From positions 2,816,001 to 2,880,000 of the forward strand of contig CAVTRN010000002.1 of the NCBI GenBank assembly GCA_963737155.1: a stretch of 64,000 nt of DNA, given 5' to 3'. Shown here piece by piece: positions 41,659-52,281 of this stretch. The notes beneath the pieces are model-generated. The model was given only the letters and a program-made list of their open reading frames with translations. It had not been told where the DNA came from and did no database searches. Source of the DNA: Nitrospirota bacterium (GTDB lineage Bacteria > Nitrospirota > UBA9217). Both the position numbers and the translations under genes were made by a program. Position 1 is the stretch's first letter. The number at the start of each line of letters is the position of its first letter.

Positions 41659-42669
41659 TTAAAGCTTAGACCAAAAACTCTCATCATTTGCGAGGTCATA
41701 GGCTTGATTAATTGCCGCCGTGATGTCCCCTTTACGAAAATCACGTGTTTTCAAGCTTGGAATTGGATTCGTTGGCGTCAGGGAAATAATGCGACGAGGA
41801 GTATATATATTTGTTAAGTTATCCGAGAGTGCTTTTTGCATTGCGCTAATGATTACTTTCAGTTTTTGGCCTTTATACTTAATAAACGGTTGGACGTTGC
41901 TGAAAATCGTGCTAGGATTGTTTTCAACTAATTTGTATCCGCTGTAAATTGCTCGTCTAATAGCACGGATTTCCAGAAGATCGTTAGCAAAGTCAACCCT
42001 CAATATTATGCGGAGATACCACGGCAGCCGTCCAGTATCGCTATATGTATTGTAGCACAAGCGACTATTTGAAAGAATGAATATTGTATCGCATTTGGCT
42101 TTGATCGCCTCGCCGAGTACGAAAGTTCCTCCATCAGAATGCCATTCTCCGTTAATCATTACCGGTGGCAAGAATCCTTGTAAGCTGATAGCGGCGAGCA
42201 TCAGCTGCTTTATTAATTTCGGATTTTCATGGAAGAGTGGGTCATGATTGGTAAAAATGTGATGTCTTAATCTATTTTCGTTGAAGGTTACAACTTGAAA
42301 TTCAATTGGAGAAGCCACAATCGATTCTGAGTCAAGACTGTCTATCACAAATTTAGATGCGCCATCATTAGAATAAAGATTAGACCCTCTGAAATTTTTA
42401 AATAACCCTGTCCAAGTGCGCCCAAAGATTTTATTTGATCCAAGTTGCTCAATTTTCTTCCATTTCTGTTCCAAGGCATCAACATCCCAATTGGTGCTGA
42501 TAAGATCGCCTCCTGATAACACTCCGACTGAAACGCTTTGGACAAAGAGCGGTTTAATCCCCCTAGTTGCCAGCGCCTTAATAAAGCCAACACTGTATGA
42601 TCCTGTAAAGCCTCCTCCATTAAATATTATTCCGACTTTTCCGAGATTCATAATATCCACTTTCCTCAT
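41659..42669 (-). CDS. Patatin-like phospholipase
   Basis: GGGFTG loop, variant nucleophile elbow SVSVG and DGG motif; AT-rich sequence. Confidence 0.8.
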   Translation of the reverse strand: MRKVDIMNLGKVGIIFNGGGFTGSYSVGFIKALATRGIKPLFVQSVSVGVLSGGDLISTNWDVDALEQKWKKIEQLGSNKIFGRTWTGLFKNFRGSNLYSNDGASKFVIDSLDSESIVASPIEFQVVTFNENRLRHHIFTNHDPLFHENPKLIKQLMLAAISLQGFLPPVMINGEWHSDGGTFVLGEAIKAKCDTIFILSNSRLCYNTYSDTGRLPWYLRIILRVDFANDLLEIRAIRRAIYSGYKLVENNPSTIFSNVQPFIKYKGQKLKVIISAMQKALSDNLTNIYTPRRIISLTPTNPIPSLKTRDFRKGDITAAINQAYDLANDESFWSKL

Positions 42670-42907
42670 GATTTCAGTGTGAAAGATACAAATTCCAAAT
42701 TATTTATTCTACAGTTTAGTATAGAAGGATTCGTTACCTTCAACTCGACAGAAATCGCACCCACTCGTCCAGGAAGAGTGTTTTCCCAAGTGGCTGTTGC
42801 TCGAGCCACTTCCCCTTTGGTGCATCCTCGAATTACACGAATTCTATAAAATGTTCGAACCTGGCCAGCGTGTGTAGGGTGTGCAGGGCAGTAGTTTATT
42901 ATTAGAT

Positions 42908-42950
42908 TAGTAGTGTAGTAGTGTAGTAGTAGTAGTAGTAGTAGTAGTAG
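42908..42950. repeat. Trinucleotide microsatellite (TAG)2TG(TAG)2TG(TAG)9
   Basis: Read directly; lies 2 nt past the stop codon of the ThDP enzyme gene. Confidence 0.95.
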
Positions 42951-42952
42951 AA

Positions 42953-44590
42953 TCATTCACACTCGCATACGACATTCGCCAATTCCTTCGAAAAAGTCTC
43001 GAAGTTGACCGAATAATCGATGGGGCACTCGATGAGGACCACGGTCTTCAAAGAGAAAGCCTTCTGCAGCAGATCCGATAAATTGTCGTCTGCCTTTACT
43101 CTCATGCCAACGGCCCCGTAGCTCTCAGCATATTTCACGAAGTCCGGATTCTTGTATTCAAGTCCGAAATTCTCGAACCCCTTCGCTTGCTGTTCCCATC
43201 TAATGAATCCGAAGGCATTGTCGTTCAGCACCAAGATGACGAGGGGGAGATTGTAGCGAAGCGCTGTTTCAATCTCCCGCGAGTTCATCATGAACCCTCC
43301 GTCCCCCACCACAGCGAGCACATTTCGGTCCGGCTTTACCAGCTTGGCTGCCATGGCCGAAGGAAGACCGGCCCCCATGGTCGCGAGCGCGTTGTCCACC
43401 AGGAACGTGTTGGGTTTGTACGTCCTGTAGAGCCGTGAGAACCACAGTTTGTAAATCCCGTTGTCAAGCGTCAGAATGTCCTCGTGCGGGAGCGCTTCTC
43501 GCACGTGTCGCACAATCTCCTGGGGCGTCAGGGGAAAGTGATTCTTAAAATCAAGCGACAGCTTCTTGTCCAAAAATTTTCGGATAGCCTTGAAAGTATC
43601 ACCGTTTGTTTTGCAATCGATCAGTTCCCCAATCTGCCGAAGCGAGCACGAGACGTCTCCAACGACCTCGATGACAGGATCATAATAACGGTCAACCTCC
43701 GCCTCGGTAAAATCGATATTGATAATTTTTTTATCCAGATTGGGGTTCCAGATATAGGGCGGATACTCGACGATGTTGTAGCCGATTGTGATGATCACGT
43801 CAGCGTGGTCTATGCCGCAATTCACATAATCGCGCTTGTGGATCCCCGTTGCGAAGAGGCTGTACACCGAGTCATCGGTCACGACTCCCTTTCCCATCTG
43901 CGTATGGACGGCGTGAATGCCTGTCTTCTCGATGAACTGCATCAGTTGACACGTAATCAAGTGACGGTTTGCTCCCGAGGAAAGTATGATAAGCGGATTT
44001 TTTGCTTGATTGATCAGCTCGGCGGCTCGCAGAACAGCTTTGGGATCAGGTGCAGGCCTACGTACGAGACCGCGCTTCTGTACGTCCGCGTCGGTCGTGC
44101 TCCTGGCCACGTCCTCAGGCAGTTCCACATGAACCGCGCCCGGACGTTCCGCCTGAGCCAGTTTGAAGGCGTTTCTCAAGACCGTTGGAATTGCTCCTGA
44201 ATCGACGATAGACACTGATTCTTTGGTAATAGGCCGCATCAGGCTCACGATATTGATGAGCTGGAACCTGGCCTGCCGGTTACCACGAAGTGCTTTTTGA
44301 GCCGAGATAGAAACAAGCGGCGCACCGATGAGCTGCGCATGGGCCACACCGGTAACCAGATTCGTCGCCCCAGGCCCGAGGGTCGAGAAGCATACCCCGG
44401 CTTTTCCTGTAAGCCGTCCATAGGTCGCAGCCATGAACGCCGCAGTCTGCTCGTGGCGAGTAAGGATCAACTTGATTTTTGATGTACGAAGTGATTCCAG
44501 AAAATCGAGGTTTTCCTCACCAGGCAATCCAAAAACATACTCTACCCCTTCCTCCTCCAACTGTCTCAAGAACAAATCGGAAGCCTTCAC
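42953..44590 (-). CDS. ThDP-dependent enzyme, acetolactate synthase large-subunit-like; candidate 2-oxoglutarate decarboxylase
   Basis: FGLPGEEN, RHEQ, STLGPGATN, DNALATMG and the ThDP motif GDGGFMMN..N; no small subunit gene nearby. Confidence 0.85.
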   Translation of the reverse strand: MKASDLFLRQLEEEGVEYVFGLPGEENLDFLESLRTSKIKLILTRHEQTAAFMAATYGRLTGKAGVCFSTLGPGATNLVTGVAHAQLIGAPLVSISAQKALRGNRQARFQLINIVSLMRPITKESVSIVDSGAIPTVLRNAFKLAQAERPGAVHVELPEDVARSTTDADVQKRGLVRRPAPDPKAVLRAAELINQAKNPLIILSSGANRHLITCQLMQFIEKTGIHAVHTQMGKGVVTDDSVYSLFATGIHKRDYVNCGIDHADVIITIGYNIVEYPPYIWNPNLDKKIINIDFTEAEVDRYYDPVIEVVGDVSCSLRQIGELIDCKTNGDTFKAIRKFLDKKLSLDFKNHFPLTPQEIVRHVREALPHEDILTLDNGIYKLWFSRLYRTYKPNTFLVDNALATMGAGLPSAMAAKLVKPDRNVLAVVGDGGFMMNSREIETALRYNLPLVILVLNDNAFGFIRWEQQAKGFENFGLEYKNPDFVKYAESYGAVGMRVKADDNLSDLLQKAFSLKTVVLIECPIDYSVNFETFSKELANVVCECE

Positions 44591-44703
44591 GCTCTATCCC
44601 CTCTCCTCGGAAATATATCACCACGACATTCAGCACTGCATCAATCGTATAGTTTCCCTTTAGCTGTGAACAAACTGAACTCTGAATATTGAAGAAAACT
44701 TAT

Positions 44704-46209
44704 TTATTCCTTAATCACCACGGTCTTGATATTTACGAACTCCTTCAACCCATAATGCGACAGTTCCCTTCCGATTCCGGACTTTTTCACCCCGCCAAAG
44801 GGCAGCCGAGGGTCTGATTTTACCATATCGTTGATGGCGATGGTCCCTGCTTGAAGCTTCGCGGCGACCCTCTCCGCCCGATCCGTGTTTTTGCTCCAGA
44901 TCGCCGCTCCGAGGCCGTATTCGGTATCATTTGCCACCCGGACCGCTTCGTCTTCGTCCCTGACGACGATCACCGGTGCGATAGGGCCGAAGACTTCCTC
45001 GTGCAGGACTTTCATGTTCGGTTTCGAATTATAGATCGCGGCGGGAGCGAAGAAAAGACCTTTCAGTGCCGCCACCGGCATCTGTATAACCTCGGCTCCT
45101 TTCGCCGCAGCATCCCTCAACTGTGCGTTCAGCGAGTTCAGGATGTCCCTCCTCGCAACAGGACCGATGTCAGTCGACTCGTCCATGGGATCGCCTATCT
45201 TTAATTCACGCAGACGGGCGATGAAGTGCTTTTTAAACTCCTCGGCCACACCTTCCATAACGATGAACCTCTTCGCTGCGATACAACTCTGTCCCGTATT
45301 GACTACCCTTGCGTTCGCGGCCATGCGGCCAGCCTTTTCCACATCCGCATCGTCGAGAACAATAAAGGGGTCTGATCCGCCCAGTTCAAGAACGAGTTTT
45401 TTTATCTTTCTTCCCGCGTGTTCGCCCACAACCTCACCGGCTTGGTTGCTGCCCGTCAGAGAGACGCCATCAACTAGGTCCTTGTCGATGAGCCTCAAAG
45501 CCTCAGTCGCATCGATTATCAGAGTTTTGAACACATTGTCCGGGAACCCTGCTTTCCGGAACGCCTCTTCGATGGCAAGGGCAGTCATAGGAACGTTAGA
45601 CGCATGCTTCAGGACTACGACGTTGCCTGCTGCAATTGCCGGGATGCCGAATCGAAAAGCCTGCCAGAACGGAAAGTTCCAGGGCATGATCGCCAAAACA
45701 ACACCCAGGGGCTGAAACATAACATAGCTCTTTTTTGCCTCAGTTTTGATATCTTCCGGAGTCAGAAACCGTGTGGCATTTTCCGCATAGTAATCGCACA
45801 GCCATGCGCATTTCTCCACTTCAGCCAGTGATTCCTTGATCGGCTTGCCCATCTCACTAGTCATGAGCACTGCATTCGCCCGCTTCTCCGATCTCAACAC
45901 TTCGCCCAGCTTTTTGATATATTTCACTCGCTCAGTTACCGGCACATCACGCCAGTTCAAGAAGGCATTTCTCGACATTTGGATTTCCCGGTCCACTTCG
46001 TCGCGCTCCAGGAGATTGAACTCTCGAATCACCTGTTCGGTATATGGGTTGATAGATTGAATCTTCCCTGCTTTTCTTATAAAGGATTTTATCGATTGAA
46101 CTTTCATTTTTTTCATCCCTTTCACGGGGGACGTCACGCTTTTCATTTTGGAGCGGGTCATCCTTTTCTTTACCTGCTTCTTTTTTACGATAGCCTTTTT
46201 TGCTGCCAT
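44704..46209 (-). CDS. NAD(P)-dependent succinate-semialdehyde dehydrogenase with a Lys-rich N-terminal extension
   Basis: IMPWNFPFWQ, LKHASNVP, LELGGSDP, NTGQSCIAAKR, EEVFGP and SDPRLPFGGVK.SG.GRELS. Confidence 0.9.
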   Translation of the reverse strand: MAAKKAIVKKKQVKKRMTRSKMKSVTSPVKGMKKMKVQSIKSFIRKAGKIQSINPYTEQVIREFNLLERDEVDREIQMSRNAFLNWRDVPVTERVKYIKKLGEVLRSEKRANAVLMTSEMGKPIKESLAEVEKCAWLCDYYAENATRFLTPEDIKTEAKKSYVMFQPLGVVLAIMPWNFPFWQAFRFGIPAIAAGNVVVLKHASNVPMTALAIEEAFRKAGFPDNVFKTLIIDATEALRLIDKDLVDGVSLTGSNQAGEVVGEHAGRKIKKLVLELGGSDPFIVLDDADVEKAGRMAANARVVNTGQSCIAAKRFIVMEGVAEEFKKHFIARLRELKIGDPMDESTDIGPVARRDILNSLNAQLRDAAAKGAEVIQMPVAALKGLFFAPAAIYNSKPNMKVLHEEVFGPIAPVIVVRDEDEAVRVANDTEYGLGAAIWSKNTDRAERVAAKLQAGTIAINDMVKSDPRLPFGGVKKSGIGRELSHYGLKEFVNIKTVVIKE

Positions 46210-46318
46210 ACGCGTCCTCCCTCCGATTACCGCTAAATATTAAACTGCAGCCATAAACTACACAAAATAAACTTTCGCGGTTTTATTGATTCCGTAATTC
46301 GTATCTCAGCAGCCTCTT

Positions 46319-47536
46319 TCATTTTCTCTGTTTTGCTGGCGTATAAGAGCAACCCGTCCGACCACAGTAATTACCGATGTAATCCGAAGACGGCCGGTAG
46401 AGCGCAGGTTTTTCCTGAGCTTCCCCGAACTTTTCCTCGATAATATGGGCGGTCCAGCCCGCGATCCGTGCTATGGCGAAAACCGCCGTCATAAGATCGT
46501 TCGGGATGCCCATCAAGTGGTAAACCGGGGCGCTATAAAAATCCACATTCGGCTTGATCGTAGTCTTGCCCCGTTTCTCTAATTCGGCCACCGCGGTCTC
46601 TTCGACCTCTGTCAACAGCCGAGTCCATATCTCCTGTCCGAGTTTTTTCCCGAGCCGCCTGCCCATCTCTTTCAGGAATTTAGCCCTCGGATCGGTTGTC
46701 TTGTATATGGCATGCCCTAAACCCATGATCTTCTTGCCGCTCTCAAGTTGACTTTTCACCCACCCGGGCACATCCTTCTCATCCCGCAGTTCCATCAGCA
46801 TCTTCATGACCTGAGCATTGGCGCCGCCGTGCAGACTACCGGAAAGAGCACCCACGCCGGCTGCCACGCCAGCATACATATGCGCCTGTGTCGAAACCAC
46901 TTCGCGGCAGGCGAATGTGGAGGCGTTGAATGAGTGGTCGGCATGGAGCACTAGCGCGGTATCAAAATCCTTCGCTATCTCTGGGTCGGGCTTTATACCG
47001 CTCATCTGCCAGAGAAAATTTCCCGCATGAGAAAGCGTTTCATCGGGAGGAAGTGGCATCAGCTCCTGCCGTATCCGCTGCCACGCGGCGACCACTTCGG
47101 CAACACGCGCGATGAGTTGGATGGCCTTAAATAGATTCGCTTCCCTCGTCTCCCTTGTCAGTTCAGGGTCATCCATCGCTAGCAGCGGAATTGCCGACTG
47201 GAGCACATCCATGGGCTGGGACTGGCGAGGCAATTGTTTCATGCTCTCGATCACGAATCCGGGCAAACGCCGCGCCTCGGCGAGACGCTGTAAAAATTCC
47301 TTCAGCTGCTCCACTGTCGGAAGCGCGTCATAAAGCAGAAGGTAGGCGGTCTCCTCGAATGTCGAATTACTTGCCAGATCCTCGATCCGGTACCCACGAT
47401 AGATAAGAATGCCGTTATCACCGTCCACGTCAGAGATCTTCGTATCCGCTACTTTAACGCCGCGCAGACCGATGTTTTTGGTTTCAATATCTTTGCATTT
47501 TCTGGCAAATTCACCTATTTGAGCTCTAGCTCCCAT
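46319..47536 (-). CDS. gltA: Citrate synthase
   Basis: GLRGV, LHADHSFNAST, LHGGAN, MGLGH.IYK..DPR and PNVDFYS. Confidence 0.95.
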   Translation of the reverse strand: MGARAQIGEFARKCKDIETKNIGLRGVKVADTKISDVDGDNGILIYRGYRIEDLASNSTFEETAYLLLYDALPTVEQLKEFLQRLAEARRLPGFVIESMKQLPRQSQPMDVLQSAIPLLAMDDPELTRETREANLFKAIQLIARVAEVVAAWQRIRQELMPLPPDETLSHAGNFLWQMSGIKPDPEIAKDFDTALVLHADHSFNASTFACREVVSTQAHMYAGVAAGVGALSGSLHGGANAQVMKMLMELRDEKDVPGWVKSQLESGKKIMGLGHAIYKTTDPRAKFLKEMGRRLGKKLGQEIWTRLLTEVEETAVAELEKRGKTTIKPNVDFYSAPVYHLMGIPNDLMTAVFAIARIAGWTAHIIEEKFGEAQEKPALYRPSSDYIGNYCGRTGCSYTPAKQRK

Positions 47537-47802
47537 AATCAGCCTTTCTTTGATAACCTTGAATCAGAATGGGGAACAACACCTTCTATTAATGTTCCAT
47601 CCTGTCCAGGTCGATCCTGAACCCTAAAAGACTCTTGACAATAGTACACCTACATCATGGAGAAAAACGCAATAAATACTTAATGAAATTTCCCAAAAAA
47701 GACTTATACATCTTCAGCCTCACGAAGCACTCTTTGGAATTTCTGTGACAATTCTCTTTTCCTCTTGAAAAGGATTGGATCCTGAGAAAATAATTTCTCT
47801 CC

Positions 47803-49764
47803 CTACCTTTCTTTATATTTACGCTCCGCTTCCGCCTGAAGCTCCTTTTTCACAAAATTCAGCGTCCCGCCAGCCAGCAGGTACTTGCGCTGCCGCAGGG
47901 ACACGTCCAGAAGCGTCATAATAGCCCTGCTGTCGACCTCTACAGGGATTTCCTGATCACCGCGCTTTATCCGCGCCCTAATCTCCGGGAAAGTAACCTT
48001 CGTGCCCTTGATCAGAAGGTCATAGTCCTTTGGATCTTTGAACGTAAGCGGCAAGATGCCAAAGTTACAAAGGTTCGATTTGTGGATTCGGGCGAAACTC
48101 TTAACGATCTTAGCGCGCACGCCAAGATAGCGCGGTGCAAGTGCAGCGTGCTCGCGGCTCGATCCCTGTCCGTAATTCTCGCCACCTACCACGACCACGG
48201 TGCCGCGCGCCCTGCATTCTTTTGCAAAGTCAGGCTCGATCTGGGAAAAAACGAAATCGCTTAGCGCTTCAATATTCGAGCGGAAGGGCAAGACCCTGTT
48301 GCCGGCTGGCATGATCCCGTCAGTAGAAATGTTATCCCCCACCCTCAACACAACTTCAGCTTGAAACGTGTCGGGAAGTGGTTTAAGTTCCGGTAGCGGC
48401 TTAATATTAGGGCCACGGAGGATTTCGGTTTTCGTAAGCCCCTTCGCCGGGGAAATGACCGATTTTTCATCGATGATATATCGGACCGGGTCTTCAACCC
48501 GTGGGTAGGGCATCTCCTTTGACAAATCGCGGGGATCGGTGATAACGCCCCTCAATGCTGCTGCTGTCGCGGTCTCAGGTGAGCAAAGGTATATCTTGTC
48601 ATCCTTTGTCCCACTTCTTCCTGGAAAGTTCCGGGGGAATGTACGAAGACTGACTTCACCGGTTCCAGGAGCTTGACCCATCCCGATGCAGCCCTGGCAG
48701 CCCGGCTCATGCATGCGCGCGCCCGAGGTCAGGAATGCTAGAAGTCCGCCAGCCTTATACACGTTTTCTAACACCTGACGACTTCCGGGGTTCACATGGA
48801 ACGACGTGTCAGGATACACGTGCCGATTTTCCAAAATTTTGGCGGCTATCATCAGATCGCGGAATGATGAATTCACACTGCTACCCACGATGGCTTGGTC
48901 CACTTTGATTCCGGCGACATCGCGCACAGGAACCACATTGCCGGGTGACGAAGGCTTGGCGATAAGCGGTTCAAGTTTCGACAAATCGATTTCGGTGTAT
49001 TCGTCATATTCGGCGCCCTCATCCGTGGAAAATGGAACCCATGCATCCCCCCGGCCCTGGGCAATCAGATATTCACGGGTGCGTTCATCGGACGGGAAAA
49101 TAGAGGTTGTCGCACCAGTCTCGGTTCCCATGTTGCCAATTGTCTCCCTATCCGTCGCAGACAGGGTCCTAACTCCCGGACCGCAATACTCGATAATTTT
49201 CCCCACACAGCCCTTCACGTCGTAGCGTCTGAGCATTTCAAGAATCACATCCTTTGCACTCACCCAGTCCGGGAGCGTCCCCGTGAGATTTACGCCGAGC
49301 ACCTTAGGACATGGGAAATAATAGGGATAGCCGGCCATGGCGAGGGCAACATCGAGTCCTCCCGCCCCAATACCCAGCATGGAAACGCCGGCGGCGCCGG
49401 GAGTATGGCTGTCGGCTCCCAGCATCGTCTTTCCCGGGATGCCAAAGCGTTCCATGTGCACCTGATGCGACACCCCATTCCCCGGCTGGCTAAAGTGTAT
49501 GCCGTATCGTGCGGCAGCTGTCTGGAGGAACTTATGGTCGTCGGCGTTTTTATTGTCTGTCTGGAGTAGGTTGTGATCGACGTACTGAGCGCAAAGCTCG
49601 GCCTTCACCCCATTGATGCCCAAAGACTCAAACTCGAGGATTGCCAGTGTTCCTGTGGCGTCCTGCAGCAAGGTGTGATCGATTCTGATACCAATCTCCT
49701 TGCCCGGTTCCAGTTCTCCCTCGATAAGATGAGCTTCTAAAATTTTATAAGTCAGATTCTTCAT
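47803..49764 (-). CDS. Aconitate hydratase
   Basis: QDATGT, DHN, GADSHT, GCQGCIG, FPRNF.GRSG and NYGQGSSREHAA. Confidence 0.93.
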   Translation of the reverse strand: MKNLTYKILEAHLIEGELEPGKEIGIRIDHTLLQDATGTLAILEFESLGINGVKAELCAQYVDHNLLQTDNKNADDHKFLQTAAARYGIHFSQPGNGVSHQVHMERFGIPGKTMLGADSHTPGAAGVSMLGIGAGGLDVALAMAGYPYYFPCPKVLGVNLTGTLPDWVSAKDVILEMLRRYDVKGCVGKIIEYCGPGVRTLSATDRETIGNMGTETGATTSIFPSDERTREYLIAQGRGDAWVPFSTDEGAEYDEYTEIDLSKLEPLIAKPSSPGNVVPVRDVAGIKVDQAIVGSSVNSSFRDLMIAAKILENRHVYPDTSFHVNPGSRQVLENVYKAGGLLAFLTSGARMHEPGCQGCIGMGQAPGTGEVSLRTFPRNFPGRSGTKDDKIYLCSPETATAAALRGVITDPRDLSKEMPYPRVEDPVRYIIDEKSVISPAKGLTKTEILRGPNIKPLPELKPLPDTFQAEVVLRVGDNISTDGIMPAGNRVLPFRSNIEALSDFVFSQIEPDFAKECRARGTVVVVGGENYGQGSSREHAALAPRYLGVRAKIVKSFARIHKSNLCNFGILPLTFKDPKDYDLLIKGTKVTFPEIRARIKRGDQEIPVEVDSRAIMTLLDVSLRQRKYLLAGGTLNFVKKELQAEAERKYKER

Positions 49765-50857
49765 TATCCTTAGTATTTACCCCTCCATGTAGCCATTTCT
49801 GCCTTTGAAAGTCTTTATAATCAGGATAAAAACTCTCTTTTTTTCTGTATATAGATTTTTATCTTTTCCTTTATAATTTTACCACAGTTTGAGTTCATTC
49901 GTATACGCTGCTTCCGTATTTATGATCACAAAAATAAAACTGCTGCTCTAAATTCTTAATTGATCGCAAACATTGACAGAGAATGGCAAAAGGAAGTACT
50001 TTCCCCAGGATTTTAGCTGTCGGAGACTTGGCAAACGCGACTTTTTTTGTAAATATCGCAAATCTTGAAGTCTGAACTATTTTCCTTATTCAGAACCTTC
50101 TTCTGCATTTATTCCAGAACCGATCCCAGCGTGAACTGGAAAAATCCTAAGCCCTGATCCTTTTTTGCAAAAGCGGTGCGGAACCGTTCAGCTATGATCT
50201 CGCGATACCGTTGTGTAGAGGGTCTTGCAAGGACCTGGCGATGACGCGCTAGCGATGCGGTACATACTCGCTTCGGAGAGCGGCATCTTCGTCTGGTGCA
50301 ACTCATCGGAGGGTACAAGGGTTGTCCGCAACGCAAACGTCGATGGCCGTACCAAAACTTCTGGCATGGTGATTGCAAACTCCGCTGACATCAGCATGAA
50401 TGCCGGGACCACAACATGTACGTTAAATATTGATTGAGTGGTTCTGTTCCTTTTGTCGACATATCCGCACAGGGAACAGCCACGGGATGAATAGGCAGGT
50501 TTGTCGCGGCAATTTTAATGCTAAGCGGTGACCGTAATGAACCAAGTTTATTATTGACAAGGATTTTCCAAACATCAATATGAGCCGGTTAGTCCTTCAT
50601 AAAGGATCGGGCCTTCTGAAATCTAAATGATCTACAATGAGTTCCGCGGGCTTGTGGATAAGAACAGCATGGTTTATTAAGCGTTCGATCTGGTTTTTCT
50701 TAATCTGTTGAAAGTTTTAGAGTAGCATCAGTAATAATGTCCCGTCACCGGCAATGCCGGTGCATCATAGCCCAGCAATTCTAAAATATGCAACTGCTTA
50801 TCGAGAAAGAAGTTACAGCAGCATCATTCTTTCTTCACGATCTTCAATCAAACGCCA

Positions 50858-51718
50858 CTATAAACCGCTCTGATGAAGCAGGAAAACAATTGCTGACGCG
50901 CAGACACAATATATCCCAAACAGATACCATCTACCTCTTTCCAACCAATTGGAAAGCCACTTAAGAGCTAAAATTCCAGAAGCAAAGCTTAGTACCATAC
51001 CTAACAGGCTGGGGTAAAAAAGGCCCAACATATTTGTCACATTAGCTGAAAATGCCTGGTGTGCTTTCAGTAATCTTAAGACTTCTCGGACAATTATGGG
51101 TGGTGTTAGAACAACGGCAAGGGCGAAACTAAACTCCTCCGCTCTTTTTTTGGCTACCCCCAAAAGAAGTCCGGTGGATATAGTTGCGCCGGAACGCGAA
51201 AATCCTCGAAACGGTAAACAGATACCCTGTACAGCCCCGATCCAGCAAGATTCCTTTAAGCCCAAAGCAACTTTATCCCCGCGACGAAACCTTTCCAACC
51301 CTGTGAGAATGATTAAAATACCTACTGCTGCAAGGGCTGCTGTGATTAAAACCATGTTGCCAAAGACCAGTTCGATCTCCGCATGTGGGACATCCCTTAA
51401 TATAAATTTCTCAATAAAATATTTTAGCAATAAACCTATAGTACCCGTTAAAAATGAAGCTGCTGTGATAAGCTTGACTGAATCCCAAATGACTTTTCGC
51501 GAAGAAAAAAAGGACGCTTTCCACGATTTCCAAAAAAAGAAGATAACCGCAAACATGGTACCCGTGTGAAGCATCACCAGAAGAAGCGTCATTTCCGGGC
51601 TCGTTGGGTCGAGTCCCATCAATTTTTCCGCTACGATGACATGAGCGGAACTCGAGATTGGCAGCAATTCAGCAGCCCCCTGGATTATAGCGAGAACGAG
51701 AATCTTGAATAGGGTCAT
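50858..51718 (-). CDS. uppP: Undecaprenyl-diphosphate phosphatase
   Basis: IQGAAELLPISSSAH, GFSRSGATI and AEEFSF. Confidence 0.93.
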   Translation of the reverse strand: MTLFKILVLAIIQGAAELLPISSSAHVIVAEKLMGLDPTSPEMTLLLVMLHTGTMFAVIFFFWKSWKASFFSSRKVIWDSVKLITAASFLTGTIGLLLKYFIEKFILRDVPHAEIELVFGNMVLITAALAAVGILIILTGLERFRRGDKVALGLKESCWIGAVQGICLPFRGFSRSGATISTGLLLGVAKKRAEEFSFALAVVLTPPIIVREVLRLLKAHQAFSANVTNMLGLFYPSLLGMVLSFASGILALKWLSNWLERGRWYLFGIYCVCASAIVFLLHQSGL

Positions 51719-52281
51719 TTAATTAAGCCTCATGTAACCTGCAGAGTAATGCGTAATCCCGCTTGTGAAAGACCTTCCCCTTGACAAGGGGACAATACGG
51801 TAATAATGTGTGCAAGAATTTTGGCACAATTTGTCAACGATGTCTAATGGTAGGGTAAAACACTATTATAATGGCTGCACACTGCAAGATTGTTTTCCCT
51901 GCTTCTCTCCGTGTCCTCCAAGAGTGTCACAGCATCTCAACTATCCCCCATTTTCTCGTCTCGAAGCTCTTTCTTCATTTACCGAAACTGATTGAGTCTG
52001 ATGTCATCTAAAGAATACATAGGAACCTCCTATCTGGTGAATTTTGTTTCCTCATAAACTAATTCTTAGCAGGAAGTTTCTATTTTGGGTAGTTTTAAAG
52101 AATTTTATCTCTATACTTTAATGGGGAAGTATAACCTCATGGTCTACCTATTATATAACGCAGTATTTTATGGATAGACACTAACGACGTAGAGTAAAGT
52201 CCTGAGGTAGTTTCAGGTTGAGCCTATCTATTTCTGTCCCCTTAGCTGGCAAAATTGTTTCAAATGTAAATTTATCATCCC

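Noticed and set aside
42666-42956. 96-aa ORF starting MILLLLLLLLLHYY
   Set aside because: The poly-Leu is just the (CTA)n microsatellite; no coding evidence for the rest.
50100-50450. Short overlapping ORFs between aconitase and uppP
   Set aside because: Possibly another gene remnant, but no family could be recognised in any frame.
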